Below, piece after piece: positions 39,129 through 49,000 of a stretch of 63,646 nt of DNA. The stretch is from the NCBI GenBank assembly GCA_041664365.1, contig JBAYKW010000008.1, positions 1 through 63,646 on the forward strand, written 5' to 3'. The DNA comes from Patescibacteria group bacterium. GTDB lineage: Bacteria > Patescibacteriota > Patescibacteriia > UM-FILTER-42-10. Within the stretch, counting starts at the first letter, position 1. Every line of letters begins with the position of its first letter. The translations under genes and the position numbers were made by a program. Under the pieces are notes generated by a model that saw nothing but the letters and a program-made list of their open reading frames with translations, was not told the DNA's origin and did not search any database.

Positions 39129-39365
39129 GGTTCGACTTAATTTATTACTTTATTATACCCTATTTTCGTTTATTTTAAAGTCTCTATTTACGAGCTGGGT
39201 ACTTTATCCTTAAAAGGGATAAGTGTCAAGACATAATTAAATACCGGTATAAAAATTAAAATCGCAGGATTATGTATAAAAAAATAGGCCTCCGGAGTAA
39301 GTCATCGTGCAGAATTGCCGATGAAATACTCGCGGAGGCGCAGTAGAAAAAGGTGCGACGTATTG

Positions 39366-39587
39366 CTAGTCGAAGCGGGGGTCGTAGCCGTTCACGGCTT
39401 CTTCGAGGTTGCAGACCCCCTTGTAGAACCCCATCACGAATATTGGGTCTTGGGAGGTGGGATGCTCGACGTTCCCGGTACGTCCTTCATCATAGCCTCT
39501 CCAGAAGATCTGCTCCCTGACCTTATGCCCGTTGGGGCAATATTGGTCATGGCTTTCACCCTTGTGTCCGCAGAAGAGACACTCCAT
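39366..39587 (-). CDS. 73-aa hypothetical protein with CxxC/H-x3-C motif
   Basis: GGAGGTG SD before the ATG at 39587; MECLFCGHKGESHDQYCPNGH. Confidence 0.75.
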   Translation of the reverse strand: MECLFCGHKGESHDQYCPNGHKVREQIFWRGYDEGRTGNVEHPTSQDPIFVMGFYKGVCNLEEAVNGYDPRFD

Positions 39588-39627
39588 TGTTTCACCTCCT
39601 AGACTTATAGTTGACGGGGTGAATGTG

Positions 39628-39966
39628 CTACTTGGCTCTAACGCCGAGGCACTGGAAGCTGTCGAGCTTACGGACGGTAATACCATCCTTGGTTTTCAGC
39701 TTCACGCATTCGCGGAGCCGAATCGTCACATTCGTTCCGGCCGCGAATTCCTTGATACCGAGCCGCGGAATCACGAGAGCGCCCTGTTCGGTCTCGACGT
39801 CGAGAAGCAGTACGGAACAGGACTTCACGACTCCTTCGAGCTCGAAGGGTTCCGAGTACTCGACTGGGCCGTAGTGCACCCCCAGAACAGGGAGACACAG
39901 GGCAACTAGTGCCAGGTTTGCAACCACCAACAGGATGATGGCAACACGGCTTTTTGTCCGAGACAT
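39628..39966 (-). CDS. Hypothetical protein, N-terminal TM plus beta-rich (OB-like) domain
   Basis: GGAGG SD before the ATG at 39966; GC-rich. Confidence 0.7.
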   Translation of the reverse strand: MSRTKSRVAIILLVVANLALVALCLPVLGVHYGPVEYSEPFELEGVVKSCSVLLLDVETEQGALVIPRLGIKEFAAGTNVTIRLRECVKLKTKDGITVRKLDSFQCLGVRAK

Positions 39967-39983
39967 GATTAACCTCCAAGGGG

Positions 39984-40748
39984 TTATCGCCGACCGAAGC
40001 GGGTGATACACTGGTCAGCCAGTTGCTGCCAAACGCCAGTCTTGTCCTTGAATACTTGCTGGGTCAGGTCAAAATCCTGCCCAAGCGTCTGGCTGAGAAC
40101 TTCATCGGTGAAGTGCCAAACGAGCACTCCATACGACGAATTGCCGAAGGTCTCGCGATTGTCAGTGACCTGCTGGTACAGGCACAGGAACGCGCCGATC
40201 AGCTGGTCGCGCTCGGTGCCAAACTGTTCAGCACGGGCTTCGTCGCCCCGTCCACTTTCCACAGCGTCAATGACGCTGCGACGGTTGCTGACGAGCCAGA
40301 TGGCCGTCTCAAGCGAAGCGACGGCAGTCTTCATGCCAGACTCGTCGATGAGCACGATGCTGTGGATCGTCGACGACTGGTCAAGCGACCAATTTGCCGC
40401 TTTCGGAAATTCGCAACCATTGAGAACGATCAGATCCGAACATCCACCCCAACCCGACACCTTCTGTCGGATGAAGATTGTGTCCGAGTCCGGAAAGATG
40501 CCTTTAACTTCCTTACCGGTGTCGGGGTCGATCCAACGGTAGATATACCGCTGGCGTCCGTTGTGCTGCCACAGGTCGAGGCAGAACCACGAATAGTAGA
40601 CCAGGCACGGAATCAGAGCCAGCACGATGTTCGTAAGCGAGATCTCGATCTCGGCGTCGATCATCATGTGTATGCTGGCGGCCAGCATTACGATGCCGAC
40701 GACGGTGAAGGAACTGATCCAGCATGCCGAGCGCTTTTCGCTACTCAT
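39984..40748 (-). CDS. Hypothetical protein with two N-terminal TM helices
   Basis: GGAAGGAG SD; first gene of a GC-rich three-gene operon. Confidence 0.72.
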   Translation of the reverse strand: MSSEKRSACWISSFTVVGIVMLAASIHMMIDAEIEISLTNIVLALIPCLVYYSWFCLDLWQHNGRQRYIYRWIDPDTGKEVKGIFPDSDTIFIRQKVSGWGGCSDLIVLNGCEFPKAANWSLDQSSTIHSIVLIDESGMKTAVASLETAIWLVSNRRSVIDAVESGRGDEARAEQFGTERDQLIGAFLCLYQQVTDNRETFGNSSYGVLVWHFTDEVLSQTLGQDFDLTQQVFKDKTGVWQQLADQCITRFGRR

Positions 40749-40917
40749 GATAAACTCCTTCCCCATAGGCCCTTATGTCCTATGAAGACGAAGCGTGTCT
40801 GACAGCCATCCTGCAATGGAGAATTCCCTGCAAGTTCTGTCCGGCACTTGGGGTGCGCGTTCAGCTAGTGAACGTGCCGTCGCTTCTCTTGGTTCTATCC
40901 ATTTGAAGCAACTGAGC

Positions 40918-40946
40918 ATTCTATCACTAAAACTGCATCTTGTCAA
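40918..40946 (-). promoter_or_regulatory. sigma70 promoter TTGACA-17-TAGAAT
   Basis: Near-consensus, about 170 nt upstream of 40748. Confidence 0.75.
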
Positions 40947-40948
40947 GT

Positions 40949-40988
40949 CCATTAGTAGGTGAGGATACGTATCCTCACCTACTAATGG
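40949..40988. repeat. Perfect 40-bp palindrome
   Basis: CCATTAGTAGGTGAGGATAC|GTATCCTCACCTACTAATGG, no spacer. Confidence 0.97.
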
Positions 40989-41070
40989 GGTTAATACTAT
41001 TGAGGACATTCTAATCATGTATAAAAAAACACCATGTAATGGCGTCTAATTTACGGGAGAAGATTTTACT

Positions 41071-41364
41071 TTATAAAGAATTTATCCAAAAGAAACTGAA
41101 AATGGTTATCACTGCAATAATCGATCCAAGGCGCAAAAATATTTCTTCGGTTTTACCTAGGCTGACATTCCACTTTTTAGCGGTGAAAAACGCCAGTACA
41201 ATACTGCCTAGTGGCATAATAATAAACAGAACGGTTGCCGTAAATATCGTCAGTTGGATACCAAGCCCGATGGTGAAAATCATCAAACCAAAAGAGACTG
41301 AAGGCAGTACAATAGACAGCATAGAATTTAACGGCGCTTTGTATTCGTTTTTATTGATTTCCAT
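41071..41364 (-). CDS. Small three-TM hypothetical protein
   Basis: Hydrophobic; overlaps the stop of the upstream gene. Confidence 0.65.
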   Translation of the reverse strand: MEINKNEYKAPLNSMLSIVLPSVSFGLMIFTIGLGIQLTIFTATVLFIIMPLGSIVLAFFTAKKWNVSLGKTEEIFLRLGSIIAVITIFSFFWINSL

Positions 41365-42067
41365 ATAAGTATCCTTTTCTTTTTTTATCTGGGAATTTCT
41401 CTATTGCATAGCGCAGCATAGTACGGGGCATTCTGTGGTAGTTTTTCTTCAGGAATTGTTCTTCCGCAGGCATATTTCTATTGCCAATCTCCCGGAGCAT
41501 CCAACCCACCGCTTTCTGGATTAAGTCGTGTTCGTCCTCTAACAGTATTCTAGCAAGTTTCAGCGTTTCTTCAAACTGCCCTTGTCTTATGAAATAGTAA
41601 GTCGCCATTATAGAAATCCGCCGTTCCCACAGATTGCCGGATTTCACCAGTTTATATAACATGCCCCGATTCCTATCAAACAAATAATGCCCGACAAAAT
41701 ACGGCGCGGATGAATCTACCAGGTCCCAGTTATTAATGTGTTTTACATTTTTGAAATACAAATCAAAGATGTTTTTCTGCTCCGCTTTGCCAGCGCTGTT
41801 ATATTTCAGATTCAATATATGAAGCGCAGTCAGTCGTTCCTCATGCCATTTGGATTGTAATAGTTTTTCAACGGACTTCAAATCAATTTGTTTAAATTTT
41901 TTTGCGATAATTCTCTGATTAGGGACTTTGATCCCCAAAAATTTATCATTTTCTCCATATTGCCCTTTTCCGGTTTTAAAGAACCTCAAAAGATTTTGGG
42001 CTTGTTTGGGGTCACTATGTATATGGAGTTCTTTTCTTAATTCATTCAGATTCATTTTCTCGTTCAT
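41351..42067 (-). CDS. DNA alkylation repair protein (AlkD-like HEAT repeat)
   Basis: RFFKTGKGQYGE-DKFLG, INNWDLVD, LIQKAVGWMLRE, MPRTMLRYAIE. Confidence 0.9.
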   Translation of the reverse strand: MNEKMNLNELRKELHIHSDPKQAQNLLRFFKTGKGQYGENDKFLGIKVPNQRIIAKKFKQIDLKSVEKLLQSKWHEERLTALHILNLKYNSAGKAEQKNIFDLYFKNVKHINNWDLVDSSAPYFVGHYLFDRNRGMLYKLVKSGNLWERRISIMATYYFIRQGQFEETLKLARILLEDEHDLIQKAVGWMLREIGNRNMPAEEQFLKKNYHRMPRTMLRYAIEKFPDKKRKGYLYGNQ

Positions 42068-42278
42068 AAAATATTTACATTGATATTTTAACAGAACAGT
42101 TTCATTTTGAAAATAGATAATAGCGAGATACTAGTAAAAATTAATCTCAGTAATTTCAGCACTAAATATTTTTATATTGACCAATATCTTGGACAGAGAT
42201 ATGATTATAATATTGTTAGAGATAATAAAACAGCCATCAATTTATTTGTTGGCTACTAAAAAACTAACGTCGAAACAT

Positions 42279-43019
42279 ATGAATAATCGAGCACGTAGCG
42301 TGGTCGTCGGAGTTTTCTCCGTGTTGGCCATCTTTGTCGTGGCAAGCGTTGCTTTTAGTGCCGTGACAACATTCAAAGGTCAGGGTACTTTTGAAGTCGA
42401 TTCGCTTAAAGTCGGTAATCAAGGCACGGGTGGTGTTACCGCTTTCAATGGTACAATTATCAACAATACAACTGGAGCAAACGGTTCTGACCAGCCAGTG
42501 GCCTTCGGCGATAACGTCCGGATTGACGGTAGAGTTTATCGTGGCAGTACCGCGGGCACTAGCGATGACAAGCCTTTTATTATTAATGACAACGCGGAAA
42601 TTTCAGGCACATTGGAAGTTAATGGGAAGACTGTAACGGGCACCAAGCGGTATGAAGGAACAATCGATACCGGTAATGACGGAGATTTTATCTCAACATA
42701 TGATTATGATACTGATTGCACTACGCCTGATTCCGGCACATGGGCGAAACAATCACATGCGCACTTCAAAAAAATTACTGTTACTGAAGCAAGTATGGAT
42801 GCGCCAATAAACATCCGGGTGTTTTACAAACCTTATGATGATGGAAATGATTATTCACCTAGTATCTATCCTGAAAACAACGACGTCTGGGTTTCTGCTG
42901 GCTATTCTTTAGGTGAAGATGCGGTCTATCTTATCTACAAATATGTTGAAGAGAGTTGTAATGGAACACTTACAGATTCCATCAATACTACAGGTGCTTA
43001 TCAGGTTGTGGTCAATTAA
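42279..43019 (+). CDS. Secreted beta-rich hypothetical protein
   Basis: Signal peptide; GGVTAFNGTII, PVAFGDNVRIDGRVYRG. Start moved to the ATG. Confidence 0.75.
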   Translation: MNNRARSVVVGVFSVLAIFVVASVAFSAVTTFKGQGTFEVDSLKVGNQGTGGVTAFNGTIINNTTGANGSDQPVAFGDNVRIDGRVYRGSTAGTSDDKPFIINDNAEISGTLEVNGKTVTGTKRYEGTIDTGNDGDFISTYDYDTDCTTPDSGTWAKQSHAHFKKITVTEASMDAPINIRVFYKPYDDGNDYSPSIYPENNDVWVSAGYSLGEDAVYLIYKYVEESCNGTLTDSINTTGAYQVVVN

Positions 43020-43211
43020 ATTATTTTTTTAGAATGATACAAAAGGACCGCTTGTCGAGAGCGGTCTTTTCTATTTTATATTGGTCTAGTTGCATTTTTT
43101 TATAATATAATGTAATTTACTAACACTAATATTTCAGATAGTATCGCTCTTTTTTGATAGGAAGTCCCGTCCTAAGCCTGAGACAATGAAACTGAGCAGG
43201 GAGGTTCGGTC

Positions 43212-43784
43212 ATGGCCGAGGTCATGTGTGGATTCAAAGCGCGGGTAACGAACAGGTTCCAACCCAAGGGTTGCGTCGCCTTTGAGGTGCGCAGCGGAGC
43301 ATTGGTGTTGGATAACAGCACGGAACTGTTGTTCGAGAGGTGGGAGCGTTTCGAACACTACCAGAGCGTGCACTCGCTCCAGATCAACCGTCGGCCGGTT
43401 AGGGTTGTCGTCGCCGGCGAACGGTGCGCGGTACTGGTGGAAGGATTCTGCGATGAGCTTCCTCCCAACAAATCCGACGTATTTCTCGTGAACGGCGTGC
43501 AGGCCACCATCGGCGGCAAGGGGACTATCTTCCATGTCTATGATGCCAGCGGTGTGATCGCGGTCGACCTGGAAGAAGGTGTTTTGTGTCAGGGTGACTG
43601 GATCGTTATCCATGGTCCGGATGGATTCCGCCACGAACAGATCGCCGCCTCTATCGAGGTCAATCAGGGCTATCAGGAAACAGTGATTGCCGGCCAAACG
43701 GTCAGCATCCTCATCGAGGTGGATCCGAAGAACGGATTTCCCACTGAAGGTGACACCGTCACCGTAGTTTCGATCAAGAAGTAG
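43212..43784 (+). CDS. Protein with two tandem EF-Tu-domain-II-like / U32-C-terminal-like beta-barrels
   Basis: Two copies of G-L...Q-v-S-q/e-i...AG pattern; GGGAGG SD; terminator after. Confidence 0.6.
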   Translation: MAEVMCGFKARVTNRFQPKGCVAFEVRSGALVLDNSTELLFERWERFEHYQSVHSLQINRRPVRVVVAGERCAVLVEGFCDELPPNKSDVFLVNGVQATIGGKGTIFHVYDASGVIAVDLEEGVLCQGDWIVIHGPDGFRHEQIAASIEVNQGYQETVIAGQTVSILIEVDPKNGFPTEGDTVTVVSIKK

Positions 43785-43952
43785 GGCGTAAGTTCTACGG
43801 TTTGCGCGGGCTCATGTAGTTCGCGCATTTTTTTATTTTTAATAAATAAACGATTGACAATAGAAAACCGCGATGATAAACTTTTATTACTAATTAGTTA
43901 ATGTATTTTGTTTAAAAGATTTTTAAATAGAATACAATAAGGTCACATAATA

Positions 43953-44126
43953 ATGGACGACCAAAGAGATTTTGACCAACGTAAATCTTACCAAGGCCAA
44001 TGGAGTTGCTCAGAATGCGGAGCAGAAATTACCGAACTTCCATTTGAGCCGGATGGAGATCGACCGCTTTATTGCCGGTCTTGCCACCAAAAGCGAAGAA
44101 ACGACCGACCGCGTCGGGACTACTAG
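43953..44126 (+). CDS. 57-aa CxxC-x17-CxxC zinc-ribbon protein
   Basis: Hand translation ...CSECGAEITELPFEPDGDRPLYCRSCHQKRR...; promoter TTGACA-17-TAAACT upstream. Confidence 0.88.
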   Translation: MDDQRDFDQRKSYQGQWSCSECGAEITELPFEPDGDRPLYCRSCHQKRRNDRPRRDY

Positions 44127-44189
44127 TTTCTAGAGAATTTGAAGAGACTCCTCAATTGAGGAGTCTTTTGGTTATAAAAATGTATCAGG

Positions 44190-44218
44190 TTGACAAAATG
44201 GCCTCGCTGTAATAATCT
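44190..44218 (+). promoter_or_regulatory. sigma70 promoter TTGACA-17-TAATCT
   Basis: Upstream of 44280. Confidence 0.65.
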
Positions 44219-44279
44219 AGCCACTCGCGGGTTATCAGTTAAGCGTTGTTCTTTCATTCAAACCAAAGGAGAGTAGTGA

Positions 44280-44612
44280 ATGGATGATGATGATTTCATC
44301 CCGCCGATTGAACACATCGGTAATGCTATCCTGGAAGCAATCTTCAGGTTAGTGGAAACACCAGATGCAGATCGCCCGGTCATTGATATAGAGGTCGATG
44401 ACCATACCACATACCTCGATGTGCAACTCACGGGTATGGGACTGGTAATTGCCGATGGTCAGGGAGTAATCGCGGAAGCGATGCTGGATGATGATATTTT
44501 ACCTTCGCTGGTTTTCATCGCGTCGGGCGTGCCTTACCGGAAGAGTTGGAAAAATCCCCATTTCCCAAACATCGTGAGAATCGTGGAACACGTTCAGGGA
44601 GGAAACAGATGA
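44280..44612 (+). CDS. Acidic hypothetical protein
   Basis: AAGGAG SD; ATGA-coupled to the next gene. Confidence 0.7.
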   Translation: MDDDDFIPPIEHIGNAILEAIFRLVETPDADRPVIDIEVDDHTTYLDVQLTGMGLVIADGQGVIAEAMLDDDILPSLVFIASGVPYRKSWKNPHFPNIVRIVEHVQGGNR

Positions 44613-44953
44613 AGTGTAATGAAGTGCTCATCCCGGCCAGTCTACCCTATTTGAGGGGTTACACCCATGCCGGGTGTCTGCGGGTAACGAAGGTCATTGA
44701 GTCGATTTGCTTTAATGGACGGCTGTTCTGCCTGGTCCGCTGTTCCGACTGCAACGGGGAGGAGGCTCAAGGAAGCAGTATTCGCGTCTTCACTCCGCGT
44801 GACACCAACCATGCGTGGGATCTGGCTTTCCCCATGGTCATCGTTCCCCATCCAGATCAATTCGTCGGTATGCCACGATTCCTTCGAGAAGATTGTACTC
44901 TTTCGATCGTTGATTCTGCTGGCGGAGGAATAGCTCCGATCAGGCTCGCATAG
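44609..44953 (+). CDS. Hypothetical protein with H/C and CxxC motifs
   Basis: GGGAGG SD; THAGC...RCSDC; terminator hairpin after. Confidence 0.7.
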   Translation: MKCNEVLIPASLPYLRGYTHAGCLRVTKVIESICFNGRLFCLVRCSDCNGEEAQGSSIRVFTPRDTNHAWDLAFPMVIVPHPDQFVGMPRFLREDCTLSIVDSAGGGIAPIRLA

Positions 44954-45010
44954 AACGACTTGCGAGAAACACAAAGCTCGTGATTTGGCAGATTCACGAG
45001 TTTTTTTATT

Positions 45011-45796
45011 CTATTTTATTTTAAACTTTCTCTTTAATTCCGGGATATGGTTTTGGGCGGCAAGTTCGCCGGAATTAATAATATATCTTATTGTTTTTTC
45101 CGGTGAAATTATTCTTGCATTGTCAATATGAGGTTTGATTATTGTATAGTTTTTCTGTTTATACTCTTTTAATCTCAGATCAGCGATTTCTTCCTGCATG
45201 ATCCTAATACTGATATCCAGTACTGTTAGGATGGAAGATCTCTCGTGCGTCTGCAGGTTTTTTTTCGGAGTGATATTCACTGTAATAAATTTTTTGATTT
45301 TTTTTGGTAAAATCGGAAAGGGCTGGTTGTTTATCACGCCGCCGTCAATATAGTAGTTATTTTTAATTTTTAATGGAGCGAAAACTCCCGGATATGCAGT
45401 ACTTGCGTGGATTGCATTCATAATATTACCGGAATAAAAAATTCTTTCTTTACCTTCAGTAATGTTTGTTGCGTTGATATATAGTGGAATCTGAAGGTCA
45501 CTAAAGTCTGTGACTCCGACAAAATCAATAAGAGCTTTTTCAAATTTACTCATTTTTTTGATTCCCAATTTGGAAAAAGAAAAGTCCACTAATCTGTGTA
45601 ATCTTAGTGAGAGGATGAATTGCTCCATTTCTTCCGGTGTTCTGCCAGCCGCATAAGCAGTGCCGATTATACTACCCATACTGCAACCAGCGATTGCTGA
45701 GATTTGGATCCCTAGCCGATCGATAACCTTGAGCACTCCAATATGAGCTAATCCCAATAAACCACCACCACTTAGTGACAGGCCTATTTTTGCCAT
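45011..45796 (-). CDS. Patatin-like phospholipase
   Basis: LSGGGLLG-AHIG, GCSMG, DGG. Confidence 0.93.
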   Translation of the reverse strand: MAKIGLSLSGGGLLGLAHIGVLKVIDRLGIQISAIAGCSMGSIIGTAYAAGRTPEEMEQFILSLRLHRLVDFSFSKLGIKKMSKFEKALIDFVGVTDFSDLQIPLYINATNITEGKERIFYSGNIMNAIHASTAYPGVFAPLKIKNNYYIDGGVINNQPFPILPKKIKKFITVNITPKKNLQTHERSSILTVLDISIRIMQEEIADLRLKEYKQKNYTIIKPHIDNARIISPEKTIRYIINSGELAAQNHIPELKRKFKIK

Positions 45797-45848
45797 ATGT
45801 ATAAAATTATGATTATCCTATTAATTATTTTACTCTTATTTTAAAATA

Positions 45849-45877
45849 TTGACAAAACATAAAATTTAGAGTATAAT
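45849..45877 (+). promoter_or_regulatory. Consensus sigma70 promoter TTGACA-17-TATAAT
   Basis: Perfect consensus upstream of the giant-protein pair. Confidence 0.8.
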
Positions 45878-46021
45878 AGAATAAGAAACAAAAATAAAAA
45901 ACATTTAAATATGGATATGAATACTAACAGTTATACAGCTGTTTTGGCTGATATTGGCCAAATATGCCATATAAATGCCACCATTAATAAAGTACGTTAA
46001 TTGCGTGCTTTTTTTGTAAAT

Positions 46022-49000
46022 ATGGATGACTTGCTAAAAAACCAAAACCCGATTAAAAAGACTTTTATCTATATAAAAGCGCTTTTTTGCAAAAATCTTG
46101 CTTTGGAATACCACAAGGTAACGCCACAAACGGATCGGGGTGTCTACACACGCCCATATACTAATTTCAAACAGCTGATATGGACGATACGGTTTTTTGG
46201 CTTTATTCTGATTTTTTCAGCAATATTAATTCTAAATCTGGCTGATTCTAACGTAAGCACCGCGGCCAGTTCAATCAATATTTCAGGTCATGCTTACCAG
46301 GATTTCGGTAAAACGCCGATTGACGGTAGTGTTACCGCCAAAACAGTTCAGTTGAAGGTTGAAGGGGCTGGTGCTTATACAGATGAGATAACGACCGCCG
46401 ATGGAGCCTGGTCTATATCAGCAGTGAATGTTAATTCTGGGGATATAGTTACGGTGTTTTTAGATGATGAATCAGAAGAGGCTACAACTGCTTTTATTAC
46501 TGATGAAACGTCACAAGTGAACGTGAATTTGTATAGTAACTATGTAATTTTACGGTCAGATACGGGAACGATAACCAATAGTGATTTATTGACGGGAGAT
46601 AATGGCGATGATGATATCAAATATATCGTTTCAGGGGCGGATATCAGTTTTGATCCGGGATTTAATTTATATATCTGGACGGGTGATATCTATACTCCGG
46701 GCGGTTTGGTAACAACCCAGGGCGGAGGAGATTTCCGGATCGGTGATGGTGCGACGGTAAATATGAATAATAATGCTGTTGCTGTCAGCGGTTCCTGGAA
46801 AAATGAAGGCACTTATAACCCTGGCAGTAATACGACAACACTGAATGCTTCTGCCGGCACAGAAGCTATTGATAATAGTGAAGCAGATTCTGTGGCGGGC
46901 GCCGATTTTAATGACTTGATAATTAATGATAGTGGGTCCGGTGCAGCTTATGTGCCAGGTGGCAATGTAGATGTGGCAAATAATATAACAATTGATGGTG
47001 GTACTTTAAATATGAGCGGTCCGCAAGTTTGGTATTTTACTGATGATACGGATGGTGCGGCAGCAAACAGTCGAAGGATGAAGTCGGAAGATCCAGCCGG
47101 GGTAGCCAGTGATATCGCAACTTGTTCTGATAGTGAGGTTGACCATAACAAACAATTTTGTGTTTTTTATCCGACAGGAACTTCGGGATTTATTGGTGCA
47201 TCCCAACCTGCCACTTTCCAATCCCGTGCGTATATGTTAAATAATGGCATGCCGATTAACGGGTCCATTGCTGCGGGTAGTTGGTCAGTGAATCTTACTA
47301 GAGTGTATCATCAGGGTTATTATCAGTACGATACTATTGGTATCTCCGCGCGTCTTTGGAAGGTTAACTCTGATCTTAGCAGCCCAACTGCAATATCAAA
47401 CTGGACTATAGTAGCGACAGGAAATACGGAAGGAGCTACCGATAATACAATTACTTTTGCCGGTATACCCCAGCAAGATTTAAGTAATCAAATTTTAGCG
47501 GTTGAGTTTGAAGTCAGAACAGGTAATGCTTTTCATCTTGCCAGCAGTGGTGAAACAACAATTTCTCTGAGGGTAAATGAAGGCGGTTCAAAACAAAAAT
47601 TAAATACGCCGGCTTTTACACCCCAAATAAATGTTGGAGGAAATTTTGATAATAATGACACGTTTACTCATCAGAACGGGAGAATCGTTTTTGATGCGAT
47701 AGATACTGATAACACTATAGAAACAGGAGTAAGCAGTTTGTATGATGTCGTATTCCAAGGTGACGGCGGAGACGGTACATGGGCAATTCAAACTGATGAT
47801 ATGAATGTTGCCAATACTCTGGATGTTGATGCCGGTGATGCGGTGAATATTAATTCCGGTAGAGTTTTATCTTTAGCAAAAACTTCGGGTTCAGTTCTGA
47901 CTCTGGATGGAATAATTGGCGGGTTAGGCAGATTGGATTATAAAACCTCCACTGTTTTCCCGACAACCGGAACGATCTCATCAATTTTGCGTTTGGACAC
48001 GACCAGCAATGATCAAACAATGCCGGTTCGAACTTATGGTGGTAATGTGGAAATATATAATAATTCCGCCACAAATGCCCGTACCGTGACTCCTGCTGCC
48101 GGAACACATACTGTTGCTGGTGATTTAATTATCCAGGCTGCCAATACTCAGAATATTTCTTTTGCCGGAGCAACAAACGATCCGACAATGAATATTTCCG
48201 GTGATCTGGATTTTGCCGTATCGGGTGGTGGAGTGCAGACTGTCACGACCGGAAGTAATCCTTGGACTGTTTCTGGCAATGTCGATTTAACCGGCGGAAC
48301 CTTCACTACCGAGACTGGTAATATACTTGTCATGAACGGAACGGATAAAACTTTGACCAGCGATGCAGAAAACCTCGAAAATTTTACGGTCAGCGGAGGA
48401 GCGGTATCATTAGCGGATCCGTTAACGGTCAATGAATCAGTCGGCATATCGGCAGGATCTTTTTCATCAGGTGGAAATGACTTAATAGTCAAAGGCGATT
48501 GGTTAAACAGCGGTGGAGCATTTAACCACGGCAGTGCCGGAGTTACATTCAGTTCGACGGATGCCGGTGAAATTATTGAGGCCGGCCTGTCCCCGTTCTA
48601 CGATGTTGAATTTAATCATGCCGGCGGCGGTTGGACTATCCAGACAGACAACATGACGGTTGCCAATGATTTGAATTTAACCAGTGCTTCATCATTTGTG
48701 GTGGAAAGCGGACGGACGGTTGAAGTTCAAGGCAATTTTATCAATTCCGTGGGCGGAGTCAGTACTACCTGGACCGGTTCAACATTATACTTAAACGATG
48801 CCAGTGAACTGGATATGATTAACACCAAAACCGCTGGCGCTGATACATACGGCACATTGCGGATCGGTGGAAGTGACGGAATTGGAATGTGGAATTCTAC
48901 CGCCGACGCGATCACTGTAGACAGCGGTGGATGTTTAGAATCATTTGATCATAATACAACAGACGGGCAATTAAATATCTACGGCTCATGCAATACCCGG

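Noticed and set aside
40023-40802. 259-aa plus-strand ORF (also 40003..40542, 39315..39602, 39532..39909)
   Set aside because: Antisense open frames expected in GC-rich genes; no SD or promoter, whereas the minus-strand operon has both.
43134-43697. 187-aa minus-strand ORF
   Set aside because: Shadow of 43212..43784, which has an SD, terminator and recognisable repeat.
39300-44990. Prophage
   Set aside because: No integrase, terminase, capsid or tail genes; GC-rich patches are interleaved with host-like genes.
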